NCBI GenBank assembly: GCA_965247525.1
Contig: OZ252015.1
Span: forward strand, 592,110 to 656,109
Source of the DNA: Hyphomicrobiales bacterium
GTDB taxonomy: Bacteria > Pseudomonadota > Alphaproteobacteria > Rhizobiales > UBA4765
Length of the DNA: 64,000 nt
Direction of reading: 5' to 3'
This document shows, piece after piece, positions 33,704 to 41,785 of this stretch (position 1 is the stretch's first letter; each line of letters opens with the position of its first letter). Below the pieces are notes generated by a model, which was not told the DNA's origin, ran no database searches, and saw nothing but the letters and a program-made list of their open reading frames with translations. The translations under genes and the position numbers were made by a program.

Positions 33704-34732
33704 ATGCCGGATAACGCCAAATCTTTTGCCATTCAGGGTCTCACAGGAACAGGACTAGTTGGGTTAGGCACCCTTGCCTATCGCAGAGGGTTTTCACTGC
33801 GCAGCCACCAAACGCTTGTCGTTCAATTGGCCCATCAACTCGCAAGCCAGCCTGTTTTAAAGTGTGAGCCGGTAGATATCCATGAAGCCGTTAAAACCCG
33901 CAAAGGCTCAATATTTGATCTTGTTGATCCTCTCAAAGGCAAATCGCTTAAAGCTGCAAGGCGCGATCCAACAGGATTTTTTGCCGAACGATTTAAAGAG
34001 CACAAAGACGCCCATCTAGCGCGGTCGGCTTGGCTGTATAAATCTGAAAACAAGATTGGTCTTGAAATCGCCAGGCCTTTTGACTTGCCAGATTTGAATG
34101 CGACGATGACAAAAACCGAACGTCTTGCAGCACTCAAAGACGGGCAGATCAACGGTATTTATTCACGCAGCCATACAATGCTTGGCGATAGTTTTCATCG
34201 AATTGAATTTGAAGACGATTACAGACCTTATGATCTCAAAACCGCATTAGGAAAATCTGATTTTGATACCAGATTTCCCACCCATGACATTTTTGCAGAA
34301 CTTCAAACTGACATGCCCGTTCATGTTTCAAAAACACCATCACATATCACCAGCAGCACAATCAGTAATACGATTGAAACATTTAAAGAGGATGTCGCAG
34401 AGCTGCAACGTGCAGATCCTCAATGGAAACCGTTTCTTTCAATAGATGAGGCGTTTGACATGCCCGCAGATGCCAAAGCTCATTTAAGCGTTGTTTCAGA
34501 TGCAATTGATAAAATGAAATTAAAAACCAAAAATGTCTTGAGTGATATTTCGTTGAATGAATTTAAGCTTCGCGAGATTAATCTTAGCGAGCTGAAAGGC
34601 TTCAGAAAATTTTTCAAAACGCCCGAAACGTGGATGATTGGTGGCGCTGTCGCGATTGCTGCAGGTCTTGGTCTTGGTGTTTATGCTGGTTACAATCTTC
34701 TCAAAACGAGTGATGAATCTTCGCAAGATTAA
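33704..34732 (+). CDS. hypothetical protein with N- and C-terminal hydrophobic segments (orphan)
   Basis: AT-rich ORF; the track ORF starts at 33596 and the first convincing ATG is 33704. Hydrophobic FAIQGLTGTGLVGLGTLAY near the N-terminus and WMIGGAVAIAAGLGLGVYAGYNLL near the C-terminus. No domain recognised. Confidence 0.55.
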   Translation: MPDNAKSFAIQGLTGTGLVGLGTLAYRRGFSLRSHQTLVVQLAHQLASQPVLKCEPVDIHEAVKTRKGSIFDLVDPLKGKSLKAARRDPTGFFAERFKEHKDAHLARSAWLYKSENKIGLEIARPFDLPDLNATMTKTERLAALKDGQINGIYSRSHTMLGDSFHRIEFEDDYRPYDLKTALGKSDFDTRFPTHDIFAELQTDMPVHVSKTPSHITSSTISNTIETFKEDVAELQRADPQWKPFLSIDEAFDMPADAKAHLSVVSDAIDKMKLKTKNVLSDISLNEFKLREINLSELKGFRKFFKTPETWMIGGAVAIAAGLGLGVYAGYNLLKTSDESSQD

Positions 34733-34783
34733 CTTGTGTTTAGCATGTGGCCCGCATGGCCAATCTTTTACCCATATGCAAAG

Positions 34784-34808
34784 ACACCGGACACAAGGCC
34801 CGGTGTTT
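34784..34808. terminator. candidate bidirectional hairpin terminator between the convergent orphan gene and ftsZ
   Basis: ACACCGG-acacaaggc-CCGGTGT followed by TTT on the + strand and CTTT on the - strand. Confidence 0.4.
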
Positions 34809-34829
34809 GAATAAGGTTGAATAAAAGAC

Positions 34830-36491
34830 TTACGGGTTGTTACGGCGCAGGAAGGCCGGAATCTCCAGATAGTCGTCATCTTGCGAACGGGGCTGCGGTG
34901 CCGGTGCACGTGGGGCCAGTTGCTCGCTGTAATCGCGGCGGGCGACAGCCTGTTCGGCTGGCAGACGACGCTGCTCATTCTGGCCCGTGCGCGCGATCGG
35001 CGGGGCTGCAACGCGAGGCATCTGGAAGCTTGGCTCGGAACGTTCTTCGCTTTGCATTTCGTCCTCGGCATAGCGGCTTTTGCCAAACCCAAGCGCGGCG
35101 AGACGGTCACGAAGACCAGCGCGTTTTTCTTCGACATGCGGAACCGATTGCGGTGCATCGCTGCGTGCCGCTTCAATCTGGCGCTGTGCAACTTGCGGCA
35201 AATCTTCGATGCGCGGCATGCGCTGGCTGCGCGTGTCTGGGCGTGCCGGCTCAGGCGGAATGAAGCTGGTCTGCACAGGCTCATAACTTGGTTCGGCAAA
35301 TTGCGGCTGTTCCTGCACCGGCGATGATGGTGTGATCGGACGGATCATAACGTCTGGGTCCGAAAAGCTTGGCGCAGAGGCTTTTGGCTCTTCATACTGC
35401 GGCTGGAATGTTTCAGTCTGTGGTTCAAGTGTCGACTGGATTGAGACTTGTGGTGTGGCATAGCCAAGGCGTTGGCGCTGGTTATGCTCAAGCGAGCTCA
35501 GCGGCGCTGTCGATTTTGACGACATCGAATTGTCGATGCCTGTTGCAACAACCGACACACGGATGATGCCCTCTAAGCTATCGTCATAAGTTGCGCCGAC
35601 AATGATGTTGGCTTCCTGATCGACTTCTTCTCTGATGCGTGTGGCCGCTTCATCAAGTTCATAAAGCGTCATGTCGCGGCCGCCGGTGACTGAAATCAGC
35701 AGGCCACGTGCGCCCTGCATTTCAACATCATCAAGAAGCGGGTTGGAAATGGCAGCTTCTGCAGCGCGGATGGCGCGGTTTTCGCCCGAGGATTCGCCCG
35801 TGCCCATCATGGCTTTGCCCATTTCGCGCATCACGGAGCGCACGTCGGCAAAATCAAGATTGATGAGACCTTCTTTGACCATCAGGTCGGTGATGCAGGC
35901 AACACCTGAATAAAGAACCTGGTCAGCCATGCCGAACGCATCGGCAAAAGTGGTTTTTTCATTGGCGACGCGGAAAAGGTTCTGGTTCGGGATGACGATA
36001 AGCGTATCGACCATTTTCTGCAGTTCTGAAATACCTGCATCGGCTGTGCGCATGCGCTTCACGCCTTCGAAATGGAATGGTTTGGTGACAACACCGACAG
36101 TCAAAATGCCCATTTCTTTTGCGACGCGCGCGATTACCGGCGCTGCGCCTGTGCCTGTGCCGCCGCCCATGCCCGCGGTGATGAACACCATATGCGCGCC
36201 GGAAAGGTGGTCACGGATTTCTTCGATTGTTTCTTCAGCAGCTGCGCTGCCAACTTCCGGGTGCGAGCCTGCACCAAGACCTTCGGTGACAGCAACGCCC
36301 ATCTGCACGATGCGCGCGGCACGCGAGGCTGCAAGTGCCTGACTGTCCGTGTTGCCGACGATGAAATCGACACCTTCCATGCCAGCAGAAATCATATTGT
36401 TGACGGCGTTGCCACCTGCTCCACCGACACCGAAGACCATCAGGCGTGGTTTCAACTCGGTGATGTCCGGCACTTTGAGATTGATCGTCAT
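34830..36491 (-). CDS. ftsZ: cell division protein FtsZ (long C-terminal linker)
   Basis: ATG at 36491 is preceded by [19 protein letters not shown], the tubulin signature [11 protein letters not shown], a long P/Q/E-rich linker, and the conserved C-terminal [12 protein letters not shown] peptide. The track start at 36566 runs into intergenic repeats. Confidence 0.95.
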   Translation of the reverse strand: MTINLKVPDITELKPRLMVFGVGGAGGNAVNNMISAGMEGVDFIVGNTDSQALAASRAARIVQMGVAVTEGLGAGSHPEVGSAAAEETIEEIRDHLSGAHMVFITAGMGGGTGTGAAPVIARVAKEMGILTVGVVTKPFHFEGVKRMRTADAGISELQKMVDTLIVIPNQNLFRVANEKTTFADAFGMADQVLYSGVACITDLMVKEGLINLDFADVRSVMREMGKAMMGTGESSGENRAIRAAEAAISNPLLDDVEMQGARGLLISVTGGRDMTLYELDEAATRIREEVDQEANIIVGATYDDSLEGIIRVSVVATGIDNSMSSKSTAPLSSLEHNQRQRLGYATPQVSIQSTLEPQTETFQPQYEEPKASAPSFSDPDVMIRPITPSSPVQEQPQFAEPSYEPVQTSFIPPEPARPDTRSQRMPRIEDLPQVAQRQIEAARSDAPQSVPHVEEKRAGLRDRLAALGFGKSRYAEDEMQSEERSEPSFQMPRVAAPPIARTGQNEQRRLPAEQAVARRDYSEQLAPRAPAPQPRSQDDDYLEIPAFLRRNNP

Positions 36492-36524
36492 GTTACCCTC
36501 TATGCTTATCAAAAGCGGCAATTT

Positions 36525-36537
36525 GCGCGGGGCGCTC
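36525..36537. repeat. inverted copy of the core of the 36-bp B repeat (GCGCGGGGCGCTC)
   Basis: Exact reverse complement of GAGCGCCCCGCGC present in B1 (36706-36718) and B3 (36777-36789). It lies 34-46 nt upstream of the ftsZ ATG on the coding strand. Confidence 0.8.
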
Positions 36538-36552
36538 ATGCCTTTACGCTCT

Positions 36553-36614
36553 GGCAGTCCGGGCAAGCCCTCATGCCGTAATCCAATGGCAGTTCGGGCA
36601 AGCCCTCGTGCCGT
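36553..36614. repeat. two direct copies (A1, A2) of a 27-bp element GGCAGTYCGGGCAAGCCCTCRTGCCGT
   Basis: A1 at 36553-36579 and A2 at 36588-36614 differ at 2 of 27 positions. Confidence 0.9.
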
Positions 36615-36700
36615 TACCCATCAAAATGCACTGATCTGGTGGATACTTGGTTAATTTTCGAATGATGATGAGGCTTAACAAGTTTTTATTTGGCTGCTCG

Positions 36701-36799
36701 CGCCCGAGCGCCCCGCGCGAATGGCGCAAAAGAAACCGTCCGAGCGTCCCGCGCGAATGGTGCATAAAAAACGCCCGAGCGCCCCGCGCGAACGGCGCA
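36701..36799. repeat. three tandem copies (period 35-36 bp) of CGYCCGAGCGYCCCGCGCGAAYGGYGCA
   Basis: B1 36701-36728, B2 36737-36764, B3 36772-36799. Each contains an internal GCGCC...GGCGC hairpin. Confidence 0.9.
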
Positions 36800-36833
36800 T
36801 AAAGCAAGCCAAGTTCTCGTGTGTTTTTTAATA

Positions 36834-36857
36834 GGCAGTTCGGGCAAGCCCTCGTGC
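36834..36857. repeat. third copy (A3) of the A element, immediately after the ftsA stop codon
   Basis: GGCAGTTCGGGCAAGCCCTCGTGC is identical to A2 over 24 nt. Confidence 0.9.
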
Positions 36858-36859
36858 TT

Positions 36860-38173
36860 TTAAAAACTTTCGCGAATCCAGGAGCTCATACGGGACATAT
36901 AACCGTCAGTTCCTGTCATCAGCTGGCGCATACGGCGCGGCTCGATCTGTTCGATCTGCGCAATCTGCGGATAAATCGTAAGACCGAAGACAGAGGCAAA
37001 GGCAGGGCCTTTTGCAGCTTCAGGGAGGCTTGAGACACCCAGCGGACGACCGATGCGGACCTGACGCCCGAAAATACGGCGGGCAACTTCGCCAAGACCT
37101 GTCAGCTGCGATGCGCCGCCCGTCAAAACCACGCAACGCCCGGCTTGGCTTAGCAAATTGCTGGCTTTCAGCTTGTCGCGGACAATTTCAAGAATTTCTT
37201 CAACACGCGGGCGAATGATGCGCACCAGATGCGAGCGTGGGATTTGGTTTTGCTCATGCTCATCGCCGACCTGCATGATGTTGAGAAACTCATGCTCGTC
37301 CGATGGGCAAGGCAGAGGCGAGCCATGCAGGGTTTTCAACCGCTCTGCATGCTGGATGGGTGTCGAAAGCCCCATCGCAATATCTGTTGTGATGTGGTGG
37401 CCACCAACAGGCACGCTGTCGGCATGGACAAAACGCCCGTTCTGGAACACCGCAAGACTTGTCGTGCCGCCGCCGCAGTCAACCACGCAGGCGCCAAGCT
37501 CGGCCTCATCATCGACAAGAACGGATAGGCCGCTGGCATAAGGCGTTGCCACAACCGCATCGACATGAAGGTGGCAGCGTTCAATACACAAAACGATGTT
37601 ACGGATGGGCGCGCTGTCGGCGCTGACCACATGCATGTCAACGCCAAGATTTGCCCCAAGCATGCCGCGTGGGTCGCGAATGGCCGTTGCGTCATCAAGC
37701 GTAAAACCGACAGGCAGAGAGTGCACAACGCTGCGGCCTTCGCGCAGAGAGTGGGCAGAGCCCGCTTCTAACACGCGGCGGATGTCGATGTCTTCAACTT
37801 CATGGCCGTCGATTGCGACAGAAGCGGCATAGGCTTCCGATGTCAGGCGGCCTGCGGACACATTAACAATTAGGCTTTCAACTGTGAGTCCGGACATGCG
37901 TTCAGCGGCATCGACGGCAAGGCGGATCGATTGCTCTGCCGCATCCATATCAACGATAAGGCCAGACTTGATACCGCGTGCGCGGTGGTGGCCAAAGCCG
38001 ACAAGGTCAACCGTATGAGTGCGGTTTGGCAGCATCTGGTTTTGCTCAACCGGACGAAGACGCGCGATGGCGCAGACAATTTTCGATGAACCGATATCAA
38101 GCACGGTTACTGTTGTCGCCCTTTTGGGTGATAACGGTTTCAACCGGCTGTTCTTGCGGAGAAGGGAACTCAT
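36860..38173 (-). CDS. ftsA: cell division protein FtsA
   Basis: 437 aa, actin-like ATPase. LDIGSSKI, VDCGGGTT, GGASQL.G. Confidence 0.95.
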   Translation of the reverse strand: MSSLLRKNSRLKPLSPKRATTVTVLDIGSSKIVCAIARLRPVEQNQMLPNRTHTVDLVGFGHHRARGIKSGLIVDMDAAEQSIRLAVDAAERMSGLTVESLIVNVSAGRLTSEAYAASVAIDGHEVEDIDIRRVLEAGSAHSLREGRSVVHSLPVGFTLDDATAIRDPRGMLGANLGVDMHVVSADSAPIRNIVLCIERCHLHVDAVVATPYASGLSVLVDDEAELGACVVDCGGGTTSLAVFQNGRFVHADSVPVGGHHITTDIAMGLSTPIQHAERLKTLHGSPLPCPSDEHEFLNIMQVGDEHEQNQIPRSHLVRIIRPRVEEILEIVRDKLKASNLLSQAGRCVVLTGGASQLTGLGEVARRIFGRQVRIGRPLGVSSLPEAAKGPAFASVFGLTIYPQIAQIEQIEPRRMRQLMTGTDGYMSRMSSWIRESF

Positions 38174-39219
38174 GCACGACCTCCTTGCACTTTCTGGACA
38201 ATGACGGGAGCCTTGATTGCAGCAGGCGCGGCGCGCTTTGCGGCAGGCTTTGTATTTAGTTTATCGTCGCGTTCTTTTGCAGCGGCTTCCGACAGGCGCA
38301 CGATGACGCGGTCTGGCAGACGCAGATCGACAATGCTGATATCGCGATTGAGAAGCGCGTCTTTTTTATCAAGCTCTGCAAGCTTTGAAAGCGCGGTCTC
38401 GAAATTCTGTTCTGGCAATTTGATATCGGTGCCCTCGGACAATTTTAAATTCCAGCGCCGGTTGGCAACATAGATCGCCGCACGCAAACGGGATTGAAGC
38501 GCAGGATATTGCTCCAAGGCCGACAAAAGCTTCGTCGCCTGCGCATCAGCGCCCTTGCCGACAATCAACGGAAGGCCTGAAAAGCGCTGGTCGTTGTAAG
38601 GGCCGATTTGGCGGCCGTCCTTGTCGATCATCAACACATCGCCGCCAAGCTGCCACAGCGCGTAAGGCGTGCGTTCAGTCACGTTTACTTCCAATGTTCC
38701 CGGCATGATCAGGCGGACGGACGCCGTTTTGATCCAAGGAATATCAAGAAAGCGCTGACGCGTTTCTTCAGTGTTGATGGTGAAGGCCGAACTTGACGGT
38801 GTGATGTCGAGGATTTTGGTAACCTCGGAATCAGAGAGGCGGCTTCCGCCTTCCACGCGAATTTCGCGAATGCCGAAACCGAATGTGCGCGCCGAGACGG
38901 CGGCAACAAGCTGGCCGGTTGATTTCAGTTTTTCTGCAGCATCGCCAAACACAAGCGCTGTCACAAGAACAAGAATATAAAAACCGGTCACAGCGTAAAG
39001 GCCGGAGCGCGGCGGAATGTCCCCGCTGAAAAGCTTGCGGCGCCATGTGGGGCGCTCGATTTTTAAAAGCTGGCGTTGCGGCTTGAGAGTGCGCTGCGGT
39101 GTCTGCGCATTTGTGCGGCGGCGGGGTTTTTGGCTGCGAGAGATTTTGACAGGCGATGGAAAAAGGCGCGGGAGAGCCGCTTCGGCCAAACGTCCCGATA
39201 GTGCCTTTATCGATTGCAC
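38170..39219 (-). CDS. ftsQ: cell division protein FtsQ
   Basis: GTG at 39219 is preceded by GGAGGA 6 nt upstream and overlaps the ddl stop. A basic cytoplasmic N-terminus, one TM helix (LYAVTGFYILVLVTALVFG), and POTRA plus FtsQ domains. The track start at 39336 lies inside ddl. Confidence 0.85.
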   Translation of the reverse strand: MQSIKALSGRLAEAALPRLFPSPVKISRSQKPRRRTNAQTPQRTLKPQRQLLKIERPTWRRKLFSGDIPPRSGLYAVTGFYILVLVTALVFGDAAEKLKSTGQLVAAVSARTFGFGIREIRVEGGSRLSDSEVTKILDITPSSSAFTINTEETRQRFLDIPWIKTASVRLIMPGTLEVNVTERTPYALWQLGGDVLMIDKDGRQIGPYNDQRFSGLPLIVGKGADAQATKLLSALEQYPALQSRLRAAIYVANRRWNLKLSEGTDIKLPEQNFETALSKLAELDKKDALLNRDISIVDLRLPDRVIVRLSEAAAKERDDKLNTKPAAKRAAPAAIKAPVIVQKVQGGRA

Positions 39220-40124
39220 GATGCATCCTCCAAAATCCAGCGCACCAGATCTTGAAAGGTATGTCCCGCGTGAGCCGCAAGTTCCGGTACGAGCGATGTT
39301 CGCGTCATGCCGGGCTGTGTGTTCACCTCGAGACACACCAATCCGCCCTCATTCGCCAATGGGTCAAAACGGAAATCACTCCGCGTTACGCCACGACAAC
39401 CAAGGGCACGATGCGCCTTCAAGGATAACTGTTGTATTTCTTGGTAAATATTCGGTTTAATACGGGCGGGAAGAATGTGTTTTGACCCCCCCTCGCTGTA
39501 CTTCGATTCATAGTCGTAAAAACGCGCTGTTTGCACAATTTCGATAACGCCCAGAGCCACTTGGCCCATGACGGCACAGGTCAATTCGAGACCGGGCGCA
39601 AATTTTTCAGCTAAAAATATTTCTTCCAGAGGCCAATCATCGCGCGTTAACTCTTGTGGCGGATGCGCCATTTCGTCCGTGACAATATAAACCCCGACCG
39701 ACGAACCTCCCGTATTCGGCTTCAACACATAAGGCGGTTTGAGAACGTGTTTTTTCGCCGCTTCCGCCCGGCTGACGAGCTTTCCCTCGCAGACCGGAAC
39801 CCCTGCTTTTGCCAGATGGATTTTGGCCATCTGCTTGTCCATCGCCAGCGCGGAGCTGAGAACGCCAGAATGCGTATAGGGAATTTTCATAAGCTCAAGC
39901 AGACCCTGAACCGTTCCGTCTTCGCCGGGCGAGCCATGCAGCGCCAGAAATGCGATGTCCGGTTTCAGACCGGAGAGCACTTGGCCGAGATCAGGCGTGA
40001 CATCGACACGGCTGAGACGGTGGCCAAGGCTTTCAAGAGCATCAGCGCACTGCGCGCCCGTATTGAGCGACACCTCGCGCTCGGACGACCAACCACCCAT
40101 CAACACCGCAATATGCTGGCTCAT
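39207..40124 (-). CDS. ddl: D-alanine--D-alanine ligase
   Basis: AVLMGGWSSEREVSL.TG, HG..GEDG..QG.LE, ATP-grasp motifs, EVNTQPGMT. Confidence 0.95.
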   Translation of the reverse strand: MSQHIAVLMGGWSSEREVSLNTGAQCADALESLGHRLSRVDVTPDLGQVLSGLKPDIAFLALHGSPGEDGTVQGLLELMKIPYTHSGVLSSALAMDKQMAKIHLAKAGVPVCEGKLVSRAEAAKKHVLKPPYVLKPNTGGSSVGVYIVTDEMAHPPQELTRDDWPLEEIFLAEKFAPGLELTCAVMGQVALGVIEIVQTARFYDYESKYSEGGSKHILPARIKPNIYQEIQQLSLKAHRALGCRGVTRSDFRFDPLANEGGLVCLEVNTQPGMTRTSLVPELAAHAGHTFQDLVRWILEDASCNR

Positions 40125-41081
40125 TTAAACCGCTCCTGCGAGTTGAAACGCACGGACTTCGCGCCCCTGTTCAAAATCGCCCAGGCGCTTGATTTCCCAA
40201 TCGAGTAAAATTCCTGATGTCTCGTGCACGCGCGCGCGCACCTGCTCGCCAAGCGTTTCCAAATCATACGCGCTCGCCTGATTGTCGTTGATCATGAAAT
40301 TGCAATGCAGCTCCGACATATGTGCACCGCCGACGCGAAGATTGCGGCATCCTGCTTTGTCGATCAACTGCCAAGATTTGTCAGGCAAAGGGTTTTTGAA
40401 TGTCGAGCCGCCGGTGCGCGATTTAATCGGCTGGGTCTGTTCGCGTTTGGCCTGGATCTCATTCATCTGTTTTAAAATCGTGTCCTTGTCGCCTGCCGTG
40501 CCTTGAAACAGAGCCTGCGTAAAAATCAGGTCTTGCGGCGCGTTTGTATGGCGATAGCTAAAGCCAAAATCCGCATTGCCGAGAATGTGCAATGTTCCGC
40601 GCCGGTCAACGGCGCGCGCTTCCACGAGAACGTCTTTGGTCTCCGCTTCATAGGCGCCGCCATTCATGCGTAGCGCACCACCTATTGAGCCTGGAATACC
40701 GCGATAAAAAGCAAGGCCCGCAATCCCTGCCTCCGCCGCCGCGCGTGCGGCGTGAATGTCCGGCACCGCTGTTCCGACGCGCAAACGCTGATGCGATTCC
40801 ACTTTAATGTCGCCAAAGCCTTTGGCGGAGAGACGGATTACAATACCGCGCAGGCCGCCATCGCGCACGATCAGATTTGAACCAAGCCCCACTGTGGTGA
40901 TCGGCGTTTCTTTTCTGATGCGTTCGAGAAAATAGCAGAGGTCTTTCTCATCAGCGGGGGTGAACAAAACTTCCGCAGGGCCCCCAGTACGAAACCATGA
41001 AATTTGCGCCATCGGAAATTCACTTTGCAAACGACCACGCAAATCAGGCATCCGCGAAGAAAGGTCATTACAAAGGCTCAT
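40125..41081 (-). CDS. murB: UDP-N-acetylenolpyruvoylglucosamine reductase
   Basis: FRTGGPAE, GLGSNL.VRD.G, GIPGSIGGA, GSTFKNP. Confidence 0.95.
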   Translation of the reverse strand: MSLCNDLSSRMPDLRGRLQSEFPMAQISWFRTGGPAEVLFTPADEKDLCYFLERIRKETPITTVGLGSNLIVRDGGLRGIVIRLSAKGFGDIKVESHQRLRVGTAVPDIHAARAAAEAGIAGLAFYRGIPGSIGGALRMNGGAYEAETKDVLVEARAVDRRGTLHILGNADFGFSYRHTNAPQDLIFTQALFQGTAGDKDTILKQMNEIQAKREQTQPIKSRTGGSTFKNPLPDKSWQLIDKAGCRNLRVGGAHMSELHCNFMINDNQASAYDLETLGEQVRARVHETSGILLDWEIKRLGDFEQGREVRAFQLAGAV

Positions 41082-41785
41082 GCCGCCTTCTCCACAACAT
41101 CAAGCCATGTGGCAAAAACATCATGCGCTGTTTTGAAAGAGGCCTCACCATAATCTTTCGCCTGTGCGCGGATATCAGCCTCCGTCATTCCCGCAATCGG
41201 CAAATCGTCAGCGTGGTTGATAAACCAGCGTTCAATCCATTCAGGTCGTGCTTCAAGATGAAACTGCAGTGCAAGCTGGTGCGGCAGTTTGCGATAGGCT
41301 TGCACGGGGCAAAAATCATTAAAGGCAAGAAGCTCGCAGCCGTCTGGCAGTGCGCAATTGTCGCCATGCCAATGCGGAATGGGTTTGCCATCGATGGCGC
41401 ATAGACAGGAATTTTTACCGCAATCGGTCAGCGCCACTTCGTGCCATCCCACCTCGCGCGAGCCACTGGCGCGCACTTCAGCTCCAAGCGCCGCCGCCAT
41501 GATCTGCGCCCCAAGACAAATGCCAAGCAAAGGTCGCCCCGCGGTAAGCCGTGCGCGCACGCCGTCAATTTCTTCGCGCAGGAATGGGTATTTATCGGCT
41601 TCATAGACACTGCGCGGCCCACCAAGCACGATGATAAGATCAGTATCGACCCAGATGTCGGTTTTGAGCTCTCCAGCGGCAGCGTCGATATAACAAGTTG
41701 AATAACCGTAGTCTTCAAGCAGCGGCGCTAAGGCGCCAAGGCCTTCAAACGTGACATGGCGCACGGCAAGGCAGCGCTTGGTCAT
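41078..41785 (-). CDS. class I glutamine amidotransferase-like protein (GuaA N-domain type)
   Basis: 235 aa. Nucleophile elbow LLGICLGAQ and a late QFHLE (His-Glu). Its start abuts the murC stop at 41785 and its stop overlaps the murB ATG (ATGA). Confidence 0.8.
   Translation of the reverse strand: MTKRCLAVRHVTFEGLGALAPLLEDYGYSTCYIDAAAGELKTDIWVDTDLIIVLGGPRSVYEADKYPFLREEIDGVRARLTAGRPLLGICLGAQIMAAALGAEVRASGSREVGWHEVALTDCGKNSCLCAIDGKPIPHWHGDNCALPDGCELLAFNDFCPVQAYRKLPHQLALQFHLEARPEWIERWFINHADDLPIAGMTEADIRAQAKDYGEASFKTAHDVFATWLDVVEKAA

Noticed and set aside
34520-35299. 259-aa ORF on the ftsZ strand in another frame, overlapping the ftsZ 3' linker and the end of the orphan gene
   Set aside because: It sits in the low-complexity P/Q/E linker region of ftsZ, where alternative frames stay open by chance. 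Its translation is R/C/S-rich with no motif.
36492-36566. N-terminal extension of the ftsZ ORF. Analogous upstream extensions affect hflK (10770), murD (46926), rsmH (54277), ftsQ (39336), pepP (25620) and the acyl-CoA dehydrogenase (62374).
   Set aside because: The extensions overlap the neighbouring gene, an RNA gene or intergenic repeats. Internal starts reproduce the conserved protein N-termini and have SD sequences or stop/start coupling.
36620-36700. CtrA-box (TTAA-N7-TTAA) or sigma-70 promoter in the AT-rich centre of the ftsA-ftsZ spacer
   Set aside because: TTAA half-sites are present, but none has the required 7-nt spacing. The TTGTTA-N16-GAAAAT match is too weak to call a promoter without transcription start data.
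36701-36799. Possible CRISPR array
   Set aside because: There are only three 28-bp units, separated by 7-8-nt gaps rather than ~30-nt unique spacers. No cas genes are present. It is a tandem repeat.
36571-36807. 78-aa ORF with an internally repetitive translation (HSRGALGR... repeated)
   Set aside because: The repetition is simply the translation of the tandem B DNA repeats in the ftsA-ftsZ spacer. There is no start context.
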